From: the human T2T-CHM13v2.0 reference genome, Homo sapiens
Length of the DNA: 64,000 nt
Assembly (NCBI RefSeq): GCF_009914755.1
Contig: NC_060925.1
Direction: 5' to 3' (one strand)
Positions 42,801 through 58,490 of the stretch are shown one piece after another. Made by a program: the position numbers and the translations under genes. Within the stretch, counting starts at the first letter, position 1. Each line of letters starts with the position of its first letter. The notes beneath the pieces are model-generated. The model made no database searches. It was given only the letters and a program-made list of their open reading frames with translations, and was not told the origin of the DNA.

Positions 42801-43491
42801 ATGGAATCATCATCAGATGGAAATGAATGGAATCGTCATAGAATGGAATCGAATGGATTCATTGAATGGAATCAGATGGAATCATCGAATGGACTGGAAT
42901 GGAATCATTGAATGGACTCGAAAGGGATCATGATTGAATGGAATTGAATGGAATCATCGAATGGTCTCGATTGGAATCATTATCAAATGGAATCGAATGG
43001 AATCACCGAATAGAATCGAATGGAACAATCATCGAATGGACTCAAATGGAATTATCCTCAAATGGAATCGAATGGAATTATCGAATGCAATCGAATGGAA
43101 TTATCGAATGCAATCGAATAGAATCATCGAATGGACTCGAATGGAATCATCGAATGGAATGGAATGGAACAGTCAATGAACTCGAATGGAATCATCATTG
43201 AATGGAATCGAATGGAATCATCGAGTGGAATCGAATGGAATTATGATCAAATGGAATCGAATGTAATCATCATCAAATGGAATCAAAAATAACCATCATC
43301 AACTGGTATTGAATGGAATTCTCATCAAATGGAATTCAAAGGAATCATCATCAAATGGAACTGAATGGAATCCTCATTGAATGGAAATGAAAGAGGTCAT
43401 CATCTAATTGAATCGCATGGAATCATCATCAAATGGAATCGAATGGAATCATCATCAAATGGAATCTGATGGAATCATTGAACAGAATTGA

Positions 43492-44811
43492 ATGGAATCG
43501 TCATCGAATGAATTGAATGCAATCATCGAATGGTCTCGAATGTAATCACATTCTAATGGAAAGGAATGGAATCATCGCATAGAATCGAATGGAATTAACA
43601 TTGAATGGACTCGAATGGAATCAACATCAAACGGAATCAAGCGGAATTATCGAATGGAATCGAAGAGAATCATCGAATGGACTCGAATGGAATCATCTAA
43701 TGGAATGGAATGGAATAATCCACGGACCCGAATGCAATCATCATCGTATAGAATCGAATGGAATCATCGAATGGACTCGAATGGAATAATCATTGAACGG
43801 AATCGAATGGAATCATCATCGGATGGAAACGAATGGAATCATCATCGAATGGAAATGAAAGGAGTCATCATCTAATGGAATTGCATGGAATCATCATCAA
43901 ATGGAATCGAATGGAATCAACATCAAATGGAATCAAATGGAATCATTGAACGGAATTGAATGGAATCATCATCGAATGAATTGAATGCAATCATCGAATG
44001 GTCTCGAATGAAATCATCTTCAAATGGAATTGAATGGAATCATCGCATAGAATCGAATGGAATTATCATCGAATGGAATCGAATGGTATCAACATCAAAC
44101 GGAAAAAAACGGAATTATCGAATGGAATCGAAGAGAATCCTCGAACGGACCCGAATGGAATCATCTAATGGAATGGAATGGAATAATCCATGGAGTCGAA
44201 TGCAATCATCATCGAATGGAATCGAATGGAATCATCGAATGGACTCGAATGGAATAATCATTGAACGGAATCGAATGGAATCATCTTCGGATGTAAACGA
44301 ATGGAATCATCATGGAATGGAAATGAGAGGAATCATCATCTAATGGAATTGCATGGAATCATCATAAAATGGAATCGAATGGAATCAACATCAAATGGAA
44401 TCAAATGTAATCATTGAACGGAATTGAATGGAATCGTCATCGAATGAATTGAATGAAATCATCGAATGGTCTCGAATGGAATCATCTTCAAATGGAATGG
44501 AATGGAATCATCGCATAGAATCGAATGGAATTATCATCGAATGGAATCGAATGGAATCAACATCAAACGGAAAAAAACGGAATTATCGAATGGAATTGAA
44601 GAGAATCATCGAATGGACCCGAATGGAATCATCTAATGGAATGGAATGGAATAATCCGTGGACTCGAATGCAATCATCATCGAATGGAATCGAATGGAAT
44701 CATCGAATGGACTCGAATGGAATAATCATTGAACGGAATCGAATGGAATCATCATCGGATGGAAATGAATGGAATCATCATCGAATGGAATCGAATAGAA
44801 TTATGGAATGA
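43492..44811. repeat. Three tandem 468-bp modules (2244-bp unit)
   Basis: Module starts at ~43492, 43960 and 44428; anchor spacing 42688->44932 is 2244. Confidence 0.88.
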
Positions 44812-47800
44812 AATCCAGTGTGATCATCATCGAATGGACCCGAATGGAATCATCATCCATCGGAAGCAAATGGAAGCAACATCGAATGAATCGAATGGAA
44901 ACACCATCGAATTGAAACGAATGGAATTATCATGAAATTGAAATGGATGGACTCATCATCGAATGGATTCGAATGGAATCATCGAATAAAATTGATTGAA
45001 ATCATCATCAAATGGAATCGAATGGTATCATTGAATGGAATCGAATGGAATCATCATCAGATGGAAATGAATGGAATCGTCATAGAATGGAATCGAATGG
45101 ATTCATTGAATGGAATCAGATGGAATCATCGAATGGACTGGAATGGAATCATTGAATGGACTCGAAAGGGATCATTATTGAATGGAATTGAATGGAATCA
45201 TCGAATGGTCTCGATTGGAATCATTATCAAATGGAATCGAATGGAATCACCGAATAGAATCGAATGGAACAATCATCGAATGGACTCAAATGGAATTATC
45301 CTCAAATGGAATCGAATGGAATTATCGAATGCAATCGAATGGAATTATCGAATGCAATCGAATAGAATCATCGAATGGACTCGAATGGAATCATCGAATG
45401 GAATGGAATGGAAAAGTCAATGAACACGAATGGAATCATCACTGAATGGAATCGAATGGAATCATCGAGTGGAATCGAATGGAATTATGATCAAATGGAA
45501 TCGAATGTAATCATCATCAAATGGAATCAAAAATAACCATCATCAATTGGTATTGAATGGAATTGTTATCAAATGGAATTCAAAGGAATCATCATCAAAT
45601 GGAACTGAATGGAATCCTCATTGAATGGAAATGAAAGGGGTCATCATCTAATGGAATAGCATGGAATAATCATCAAATGGAATCGAATGGAATCATTGAA
45701 AAGAATTGAATGGAATCATCATCGAATGAATTGAATGCAATCATCGAATGGTCTCGAATGGAATCATCTTCTAATGGAAAGGAATGGAATCATCGCATAG
45801 AATCGAATGGAATTAACAATGAATGGACTCGAATGGAATCAACATCAAATGGAATCAAGCGGAATTATCGAATGAAATCGAAGAGAATCATCGAATGGAC
45901 TCGAATGGAATCATCTAGTGGAATGGAATGGAATAATCCACGGACTCGAATGCAATCATCATCGTATAGAATCGAATGGAATCATCGAATGGACTCGAAT
46001 GGAATAACCATTGAACGGAATCGAATGGAATCATCATCGGATGGAAACGAATGGAATCATCATCGAATGGAAATGAAAGGAGTCATCATCTAATGGAATT
46101 GCATGGAATCATCATAAAATGGAATCGAATGGAATCAACATCAAATGGAATCAAATGGAATCATTGAACGGAATTGAATGGAATCGTCATCGAATGAATT
46201 GAATGCAATCATCGAATGGTCTCGAATGGAATCATCTTCAACTGTTATGGAATGGAATCATCGCATAGAATCGAATGGAATTATCATCGAATGGAATCGA
46301 ATGGAATCAACATCAAATGGAAAAAAACGGAATTATCGAATGGAATCGAAGAGAATCTTCGAACGGACCCGAATGGAATCATCTAATGGAATGGAATGGA
46401 ATAATCCATGGACTCGAATGCAATCATCATCGAATGGAATCGAATGGAATCATCGAATGGACTCGAATGGAATAATCATTGAACGGAATCGAATGGAATC
46501 ATCATCGGATGGAAATGAATGGAATGATCATCGAATGGAATCGAATTGAATTATGGAATGAAATCCAGTGTGATCATCATCGAATGGACCCGAATGGAAT
46601 CATCATCCAACGGAAGCTAATGGAATCAACATCGAATGAATCGAATGGAAACACCATCGAATTGAAACGAATGGAATTATCATGAAATTGAAATGGATGG
46701 ACCCATCATCGAATGGATTCGAATGGAATCATCGAATAAAATTGATTGAAATCATCATCAAATGGAATCGAATGGTGTCATTGAATGGGATCGAATGGAA
46801 TCATCGTCAGATGGAAATGAATGGAATCGTCATAGAATGGAATCGAATGGATTCATTGAATGGAATCAGATGGAATCATCGAATGGATTGTAATGGAATC
46901 ATTGAATGGACTCGAATGGAATCATTATTGAATGGAATTGAATGGAATCATCGAATGGTCTCGATTGGAATCATTATCAAATGGAATCGAATGGAATCAC
47001 CGAATAGAATCGAATGGAACAATCATCGAATGGACTCAAATGGAATTATCCTCCAATGGAATCGAATGGAATTATCGAATGCAATCGAATGGAATTATCG
47101 AATGCAATCGAATAGAATCATCGAATGGACTCGAATGGAATCATCGAATGGAATGGAATGGAACAGTCAATGAACTCGAATGGAATCATCATTGAATGGA
47201 ATCGAATGGAATCATCGAGTGGAATCGAATGGAATTATGATCAAATGGAATCGAATGTAATCCTCATCAAATGGAATCAAAAATAACCATCATCAATTGG
47301 TATTGAATGGAATTCTCATCAAATGGAATTCAAAGGAATCATCATCAAATGGAACCGAATGGAATCCTCATTGAATGGAAATGAAAGTGGTCATCATCTA
47401 ATGGAATCGCATGGAATCATCATCAAATGGAATCGAATGGAATCATCATCAAATGGAATCTAAGGGAATCATTGAACAGAATTGAATGGAATCGTCATCG
47501 AATGAATTGAATGCAATCATCGAATGGTCTCGAATGGAATCATCTTCAAATGGAAAGGAATGGAATCATTGCATAGAATCGAATGGAATTATCATCGAAT
47601 GGAATCCAATGGTATCAACATCAAACGGAAAAAAACGGAATTATGGAATGGAATCGAAGAGAATCTTCGAACGGACCCGAATGGAATCATCTAATGGAAT
47701 GGAATGGAATAATCCATGGACTCGAATGCAATCATCATCAAATGGAATCGAATGGAATCATCGAATGGACTCGAATGGAATAATCATTGAACGGAATCGA

Positions 47801-50800
47801 ATGGAATCATCATCGGATGGAAACGAATGGAATCATCATCGAATGGAAATGAAAGGAGTCATCATCTAATGGAATTGCATGGAATCATCATAAAATGGAA
47901 TCGAATGGAATCATCATCAAATGGAATCAAATGGAAGCATTGAACGGAATTGAATGGAATCGTCATCGAATGAATTGAATGCAATCATCGAATGGTCTCG
48001 AATGGAATCATCTTCAAATGGAATGGAATGGAATCATCGCATAGAATCGAATGGAATTATCATCGAATGGAATCGAATGGTATCAACATCAAACGGAAAA
48101 AAACGGAGTTACCGAATGGAATCGAAGAGAATCTTCGAACGGACCCGAATGGAATCATCTAATGGAATGGAATGGAATAATCCATGGACTCGAATGCAAT
48201 CATCATCGAATGGAATCGAATGGAATCATTGAATGGACTCGAATGGAATAATCATTGAACGGAATCGAATGGAATCATCATCGGATGGAAATGAATGGAA
48301 TCATCATCGAATGGAATCGAATAGAATTATGGAATGAAATCCAGTGTGATCATCATCGAATGGACCCGAATGGAATCATCATCCAACGGAAGCTAATGGA
48401 ATCAACATCGAATGAATCGAATGGAAACACCATCGAATTGAAACGAATGGAATTATCATGAAATTGAAATGGATGGACCCATCATCGAATGGATTCGAAT
48501 GGAATCATCGAATAAAATTGATTGAAATCATCATCAAATGGAATCGAATGGTGTCATTGAATGGGATCGAATGGAATCATCGTCAGATGGAAATGAATGG
48601 AATCGTCATAGAATGGAATCGAATGGATTCATTGAATGGAATCAGATGGAATCATCGAATGGACTGGAATGGAATCATTGAATGGACTCGAATGGAATCA
48701 TTATTGAATGGAATTGAATGGAATCATCGAATGGTCTCGATTGGAATCATTATCAAATGGAATCGAATGGAATCACCGAATAGAATCGAATGGAACAATC
48801 ATCGAATGGACTCAAATGGAATTATCCTCAAATGGAATCGAATGCAATTATCGAATGCAATCGAATGGAATTATCGAATGCAATCGAATAGAATCATCGA
48901 ATGGACTCGAATGGAATCATCGAATGGAATGGAATGGAACAGTCAATGAACTCGAATGGAATCATCATTGAATGGAATCGAATGGAATCATCGAGTGGAA
49001 TCGAATGGAATTATGATCAAATGGAATCGAATGTAATCCTCATCAAATGGAATCAAAAATAACCATCATCAATTGGTATTGAATGGAATTGTCATCAAAT
49101 GGAATTCAAAGGAATCATCATCAAATGGAACCGAATGGAATCCTCATTGAATGGAAATGAAAGTGGTCATCATCTAATGGAATCGCATGGAATCATCATC
49201 AAATGGAATCGAATGGAATCATCATCAAATGGAATCTAAGGGAATCATTGAACAGAATTGAATGGAATCGTCATCGAATGAATTGAATGCAATCATCGAA
49301 TGGTCTCGAATGGAATCATCTTCAAATGGAAAGGAATGGAATCATCGCATAGAATCGAATGGAATTATCATCGAATGGAATCCAATGGTATCAACATCAA
49401 ACGGAAAAAAACGGAATTATGGAATGGAATCGAAGAGAATCTTCGAACGGACCCGAATGGAATCATCTAATGGAATGGAATGGAATAATCCATGGACTCG
49501 AATGCAATCATGATCAAATGGAATCGAATGGAATCATCGAATGGACTCGAATGGAATAATCATTGAACGGAATCGAATGGAATCATCATCGGATGGAAAC
49601 GAATGGAATCATCATCGAATGGAAATGAAAGGAGTCATCATCTAATGGAATTGCATGGAATCATCATAAAATGGAATCGAAGGGAATCAACATCAAATGG
49701 AATCAAATGGAATCATTGAACGGAATTGAATGGAATCGTCATCGAATGAATTGACTGCAATCATCGAATGGTCTCGAATGGAATCATCTTCAAATGGAAT
49801 GGAATGGAATCATCGCATAGAATCGAATGGAATTATCATCGAATGGATTCGAATGGAATCAACATCAAACGGAAAAAAACGGAATTATCGAATGGAATCG
49901 AAGGGAATCATCGAATGGACCCGAATGGAATCATCTAATGGAATGGAATGGAATAATCCATGGACTCGAATGCAATCATCATCGAATGGAATCGAATGGA
50001 ATCATCGAATGGACTCGAATGGAATAATCATTGAACGGAATCGAATGGAATCATCATCGGATGGAAATGAATGGAATCATCATCGAATGGAATCGAATAG
50101 AATTATGGAATGAAATCCAGTGTGATCATCATCGAATGGACCCGAATGGAATCATCATCCAACGGAAGCTAATGGAATCAACATCGAATGAATCAAATGG
50201 AAACACCATCGAATTGAAACGAATGGAATTACCATGAAATTGAAATGGATGGACTCATCATCAAATGGATTCGAGTGGAATCATCGAATAAAATTGATTG
50301 AAATCATCATCAAATGGAATCGAATGGTATCATTGAATGGAATCGAATGGAATCATCATCAGATGGAAATGAAAGGAATCGTCATAGAATGGAATCAAAT
50401 GGATTCATTGAATGGAATCAGATGGAATCATTGAATGGACTGGAATGGAATCATTGAATGGACTCGAAAGGGATCATTATTGAATGGAATTGAATGGAAT
50501 CATCGAATGGTCTCGATTGGAATCATTATCAAATGGAATCGAATGGAATCACCGAATAGAATCGAATGGAACAATCATCGAATGGACTCAAATGGAATTA
50601 TCCTCAAATGGAATTGAATGGAATTATCGAATGCAATCGAATGGAATTATCGAATGCAATCGAATAGAATCATCGAATGGACTCGAATGGAATCATCGAA
50701 TGGAATGGAATGGAACAGTCAATGAACTCGAATGGAATCATCATTGAATGGAATCGAATGGAATCATCGAGTGGAATCGAATGTAATCATCATCAAATGG

Positions 50801-51541
50801 AATCAAAAATAACCATCATCAAATGGAATCAAAAATAACCATCATCAATTGGTATTGAATGGAATTGTCATCAAATGGAATTCAAAGGAATCATCATCAA
50901 ATGGAACCGAATGGAATCCTCATTGAATGGAAATGAAAGGGGTCATCATCTAATGGAATCGCATGGAATCATCATAAAATGGAATCGAATGGAATCAACA
51001 TCAAATGGAATCAAATGGAATCATTGAACGGAATTGAATGGAATCGTCATCGAATGAATTGAATGCAATCATCGAATGGTCTCGAATGGAATCATCTTCA
51101 AATGGAATGGAATGGAATCATCGCATAGAATCGAATGGAATTATCATCGAATGGAATCGAATGGAATCAACATCAAACGGAAAAAAACGGAATTATCGAA
51201 TGGAATCGAAGAGAATCATCGAATGGACCCGAATGGAATCATCTAATGGAATGGAATGGAATAATCCATGGACTCGAATGCAATCATCATTGAATGGAAT
51301 CGAATGGAATCGTCGAATGGACTCGAATGGAATAATCATTGAACGGAATCGAATGGAATCATCATCGGATGGAAATGAATGGAATCATCATCGAATGGAA
51401 TCGAATAGAATTATGGAATGAAATCCAGTGTGATCATCATCGAATGGACCCGAATGGAATCATCATCCAACGGAAGCTAATGGAATCAACATCGAATGAA
51501 TCAAATGGAAACACCATCGAATTGAAACGAATGGAATTACC

Positions 51542-54500
51542 ATGAAATTGAAATGGATGGACTCATCATCGAATGGATTCGAAAGGAATCATCGAATAAA
51601 ATTGATTGAAATCATCATCGAATGGAATCGAATGGTATCATTGAATGGAATCGAATGGAATCATCATCAGATGGAAATGAATGGAATCGTCATAGAATGG
51701 AATCGAATGGATTCATTGAATGGAATCAGATGGAATCATCGAACGGACTGGAATGGAATCATTGAATGGTCTCGAAAGGGATCATGATTGAATGGAATTG
51801 AATGGAATCATCGAATGGTCTCGATTGGAATCATTATCAAATGGAATCGAATGGAATCACCGAATAGAATCGAATGGAACAATCATCGAATGGACTCAAA
51901 TGGAATTATCCTCAAATGGAATCGAATGGAATTATTGAATGCAATCGAATGGAATTATCGAATGCAATCGAATAGAATCATCGAATGGACTCGAATGGAA
52001 TCATCGAATGGAATGGAATGGAACAGTCAATGAACTCGCATGGAATCATCATTGAATGGAATCGAATGGAATCATCGAGTGGAATCGAATGGAATTATGA
52101 TCAAATGGAATCGAATGTAATCATCATCAAATGGAATCAAAAATAACCATCATCAATTGGTATTGAATGGAATTGTCATCAAATGGAATTCAAAGGAATC
52201 GTTCATCAAATGGAACCGAATGGAATCCTCATTGAATGGAAATGAAAGGGGTCATCATCTAATGGAATCGCATGGAATCATCATCAAATTGAATCGAATG
52301 GAATCATCATCAAATGGAATCTAATGGAATCATTGAACAGAATGAATGGAATCGTCATCGAATGAATTGAATGCAATCATCGAATGGTCTCGAATGGAAT
52401 CATCTTCTAATGGAAAGGAATGGAATCATCGCATAGAAACGAATGGAATTATCATCGAATGGAATCGAATGGTATCAACACCAAACGGAAAAAAACGGAA
52501 TTATCGAATGGAATCGAAGAGAATCTTCGAACGGACCCGAATGGAATCATCTAATGGAATGGAATGGAATAATCCATGGACTCGAATGCAATCATCATCG
52601 AATGGAATCGAATGGAATCATCGAATGGACTCGAATGGAATAATCATTGAACGGAATCGAATGGAATCATCATCGGATGGAAACGAATGGAATCATCATC
52701 GAATGGAATCGAATAGAATTATGGAATGAAATCCAGTGTGATCATCATCGAATGGACCCGAATGGAATCATCATCCAACGGAAGCTAATGGAATCAACAT
52801 CGAATGAATCCAATGGAAACACCATCGAATTGAAACGAATGGAATTACCATGAAATTGAAATGGATGGACTCATCATCGAATGGATTCGAATGGAATCAT
52901 CGAATAAAATTGATTGAAATCATCATCGAATGGAATCGAATGGTATCATTGAATGGAATCGAATGGAATCATCATCAGATGGAAATGAATGGAATCGTCA
53001 TAGAATGGAATCGAATGGATTCATTGAATGGAATCAGATGGAATCATCGAACGGACTGGAATGGAATCATTGAATGGACTCGAAAGGGATCATGATTGAA
53101 TGGAATTGAATGGAATCATCGAATGGTCTCGATTGGAATCATTATCAAATGGAATCGAATGGAATCACCGAATAGAATCGAATGGAACAATCATCGAATG
53201 GACTCAAATGGAATTATCCTCAAATGGAATCGAATGGAATTATTGAATGCAATCGAATGGAATTATCGAATGCAATCGAATAGAATCATCGAATGGACTC
53301 GAATGGAATCATCGAATGGAATGGAATGGAACAGTCAATGAACTCGAATGGAATCATCATTGAATGGAATCGAATGGAATCATCGAGTGGAATCGAATGG
53401 AATTATGATCAAATGGAATCGAATGTAATCATCATCAAATGGAATCAAAAATAACCATCATCAATTGGTATTGAATGGAATTGTCATCAAATGGAATTCA
53501 AAGGAATCGTTCATCAAATGGAACCGAATGGAATCCTCATTGAATGGAAATGAAAGGGGTCATCATCTAATGGAATCGCATGGAATCATCATCAAATGGA
53601 ATCGAATGGAATCATCATCAAATGGAATCTAATGGAATCATTGAATAGAATTGAATGGAATCGTCATCGAATGAATTGAATGCAATCATCGAATGGTCTC
53701 GAATGGAATCATCTTCTAATGGAAAGGAATGGAATCATCGCATAGAAACGAATGGAATTATCATCGAATGGAATCGAATGGTATCAACACCAAACGGAAA
53801 AAAACGGAATTATCGAATGGAATCGAAGAGAATCTTCGAACGGACCCGAATGGAATCATCTAATGGAATGGAATGGAATAATCCATGGACTCGAATGCAA
53901 TCATCATCGAATGGAATCGAATGGAATCATCGAATGGACTCGAATGGAATAATCATTGAACGGAATCGAATGGAATCATCATCGGATGGAAACGAATGGA
54001 ATCATCATCGAATGGAATCGAATAGAATTATGGAATGAAATCCAGTGTGATCATCATCGAATGGACCCGAATGGAATCATCATCCAACGGAAGCTAATGG
54101 AATCAACATCGAATGAATCAAATGGAAACACCATCGAATTGAAACGAATGGAATTACCATGAAATTGAAATGGATGGACTCATCATCGAATGGATTCGAA
54201 TGGAATCATCGAATAAAATTGATTGAAATCATCATCGAATGGAATCGAATGGTATCATTGAATGGAATCGAATGGAATCATCATCAGATGGAAATGAATG
54301 GAATCGTCATAGAATGGAATCGAATGGATTCATTGAATGGAATCAGATGGAATCATCGAACGGATTGGAATGGAATCATTGAATGGACTCGGAAGGGATC
54401 ATGATTGAATGGAATTGAATGGAATCATCGAATGGTCTCGATTGGAATCATTATCCAATGGAATCGAATGGAATCACCGAATAGAATCGAATGGAACAAT

Positions 54501-57300
54501 CATCGAATGGACTCAAATGGAATTATCCTCAAATGGAATCGAATGGAATTATTGAATGCAATCGAATGGAATTATCGAATGCAATCGAATAGAATCATCG
54601 AATGGACTCGAATGGAATCATCGAATGGAATGGAATGGAACAGTCAATGAACTCGAATGGAATCATCATTGAATGGAATCGAATGGAATCATCGAGTGGA
54701 ATCGAATGGAATTATGATCAAATGGAATCGAATGTAATCATCATCAAATGGAATCAAAAATAACCATCATCAATTGGTACTGAATGGAATTGTCATCAAA
54801 TGGAATTCAAAGGAATCGTTCATCAAATGGAACCGAATGGAATCCTCATTGAATGGAAATGAAAGGGGTCATCATCTAATGGAATCGCATGGAATCATCA
54901 TCAAATGGAATCGAATGGAATCATCATCAAATGGAATCTAATGGAATCATTGAACAGAATTGAATGGAATCGTCATCGAATGAATTGAATGCAATCATCG
55001 AATGGTCTCGAATGGAATCATCTTCTAATGGAAAGGAATGGAATCATCGCATAGAAACGAATGGAATTATCATCGAATGGAATCGAATGGTATCAACACC
55101 AAACGGAAAAAAACGGAATTATCGAATGGAATCGAAGAGAATCTTCGAACGGACCCGAATGGAATCATCTAATGGAATGGAATGGAATAATCCATGGACT
55201 CGAATGCAATCATCATCGAATGGAATCGAATGGAATCATCGAATGGACTCGAATGGAATAATCATTGAACGGAATCGAATGGAATCATCATCGGATGGAA
55301 ACGAATGGAATCATCATCGAATGGAATCGAATAGAATTATGGAATGAAATCCAGTGTGATCATCATCGAATGGACCCGAATGGAATCATCATCCAACGGA
55401 AGCTAATGGAATCAACATCGAATGAATCAAATGGAAACACCATCGAATTGAAACGAATGGAATTACCATGAAATTGAAATGGATGGACTCATCATCGAAT
55501 GGATTCGAATGGAATCATCGAATAAAATTGATTGAAATCATCATCGAATGGAATCGAATGGTATCATTGAATGGAATCGAATGGAATCATCATCAGATGG
55601 AAATGAATGGAATCGTCATAGAATGGAATCGAATGGATTCATTGAATGGAATCAGATGGAATCATCGAACGGACTGGAATGGAATCATTGAATGGACTCG
55701 AAAGGGATCATGATTGAATGGAATTGAATGGAATCATCGAATGGTCTCGATTGGAATCATTATCAAATGGAATCGAATGGAATCACCGAATAGAATCGAA
55801 TGGAACAATCATCGAATGGACTCAAATGGAATTATCCTCAAATGGAATCGAATGGAATTATTGAATGCAATCGAATGGAATTATCGAATGCAATCGAATA
55901 GAATCATCGAATGGACTCGAATGGAATCATCGAATGGAATGGAATGGAACAGTCAATGAACTCGAATGGAATCATCATTGAATGGAATCGAATGGAATCA
56001 TCGAGTGGAATCGAATGGAATTATGATCAAATGGAATCGAATGTAATCATCATCAAATGGAATCAAAAATAACCATCATCAATTGGTATTGAATGGAATT
56101 GTCATCAAATGGAATTCAAAGGAATCGTTCATCAAATGGAACCGAATGGAATCCTCATTGAATGGAAATGAAAGGGGTCATCATCTAATGGAATCGCATG
56201 GAATCATCATCAAATGGAATCGAATGGAATCATCATCAAATGGAATCTAATGGAATCATTGAACAGAATTGAATGGAATCGTCATCGAATGAATTGAATG
56301 CAATCATCGAATGGTCTCGAATGGAATCATCTTCTAATGGAAAGGAATGGAATCATCGCATAGAAACGAATGGAATTATCATCGAATGGAATCGAATGGT
56401 ATCAACACCAAACGGAAAAAAACGGAATTATCGAATGGAATCGAAGAGAATCTTCGAACGGACCCGAATGGAATCATCTAATGGAATGGAATGGAATAAT
56501 CCATGGACTCGAATGCAATCATCATCGAATGGAATCGAATGGAATCATCGAATGGACTCGAATGGAATAATCATTGAACGGAATCGAATGGAATCATCAT
56601 CGGATGGAAACGAATGGAATCATCATCGAATGGAATCGAATAGAATTATGGAATGAAATCCAGTGTGATCATCATCGAATGGACCCGAATGGAATCATCA
56701 TCCAACGGAAGCTAATGGAATCAACATCGAATGAATCGAATGGAAACACCATCGAATTGAAACGAATGGAATTACCATGAAATTGAAATGGATGGACTCA
56801 TCATCGAATGGATTCGAATGGAATCATCGAATAAAATTGATTGAAATCATCATCGAATGGAATCGAATGGTATCATTGAATGGAATCGAATGGAATCATC
56901 ATCAGATGGAAATGAATGGAATCGTCATAGAATGGAATCGAATGGATTCATTGAATGGAATCAGATGGAATCATCGAACGGATTGGAATGGAATCATTGA
57001 ATGGACTCGGAAGGGATCATGATTGAATGGAATTGAATGGAATCATCGAATGGTCTCGATTGGAATCATTATCAAATGGAATCGAATGGAATCACCGAAT
57101 AGAATCGAATGGAACAATCATCGAATGGACTCAAATGGAATTATCCTCAAATGGAATCGAATGGAATTATTGAATGCAATCGAATGGAATTATCGAATGC
57201 AATCGAATAGAATCATCGAATGGACTCGAATGGAATCATCGAATGGAATGGAATGGAACAGTCAATGAACTCGAATGGAATCATCATTGAATGGAATCGA
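51542..57300. repeat. Homogeneous 1309-bp tandem sub-array, about 4.4 copies
   Basis: Anchors at 51542, 52850, 54159, 55468 and 56777. Shared private variants: ggaatcgttcatc (+1 bp), cgaacgga(c/t)tgg, gatcatgattg, attattgaatgc, catagaaacg. Confidence 0.95.
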
Positions 57301-58490
57301 ATGGAATCATCGAGTGGAATCGAAAGGAATTATGACCAAATGGAATCGAATGTAATCATCATCAAATGGAATCAAAAATAAACATCATCAATTGGTATTG
57401 AATGGAATTGTCATCAAATGGAATTCAAAGGAATCATCATCAAATGGAACCGAATGGAATCCTCATTGAATGGAAATGAAAGGGGTCATCATCTAATGGA
57501 ATCGCATGGAATCATCATCAAATGGAATCGAATGGAATCATCATCAAATGGAATCTAATGGAATCATTGAAAAGAATTGAATGGAATAGTCATCGAATGA
57601 ATTGAATGCAATCATCGAATGGTCTCGAATGGAATCATCTTCTAATGGAAAGGAATGGAATCATCGCATAGAATCGAATGGAATTATCATCGAATGGAAT
57701 CGAATGGTATCAACACCAAACGGAAAAAAACGGAATTATCGAATGGAATCGAAGAGAATCTTCGAACGGACCCGAATGGAATCATCTAATGGAATGGAAT
57801 GGAATAATCCATGGACTCGAATGCAATCATCATCGAATGGAATCGAATGGAATCATCGAATGGACTCGAATGGAATAATCATTGAACGGAATCGAATGGA
57901 ATCATCATCGGATGGAAACGAATGGAATCATCATCGAATGGAAATGAAAGGAGTCATCATCTAATGGAATTGCATGGAATCATCATAAAATGGAATCGAA
58001 TGGAATCAACATCAAATGGAATCAAATGGAATCATTGAACGGAATTGAATGGAATCGTCATCGAATAAATTGAATGCAATCATCGAATGGTCTCGAATGG
58101 AATTATCTTCAAATGGAATGGAATGGAATCATCGCATAGAATCGAATGGAATTATCATCGAATGGAATCGAATGGAATCAACATCAAACGGAAAAAAACG
58201 GAATTATCGAATGGAATCGAAGAGAATCATCGAATGGACCCGAATGGAATCATCTAATGGAATGGAATGGAATAACCCATGGACTCGAATGCAATCATCA
58301 TCGAATGGAATCGAATGGAATCATCGAATGGACTCGAATGGAATAATCATTGAACGGAATCGAATGGAATCATCATCGGATGGAAATGAAAGGAGTCATC
58401 ATCTAATGGAATTGCATGGAATCATCATAAAATGGAATCGAATGGAATCAACATCAAATGGAATCAAATGGAATCATTGAACGGAATTGA

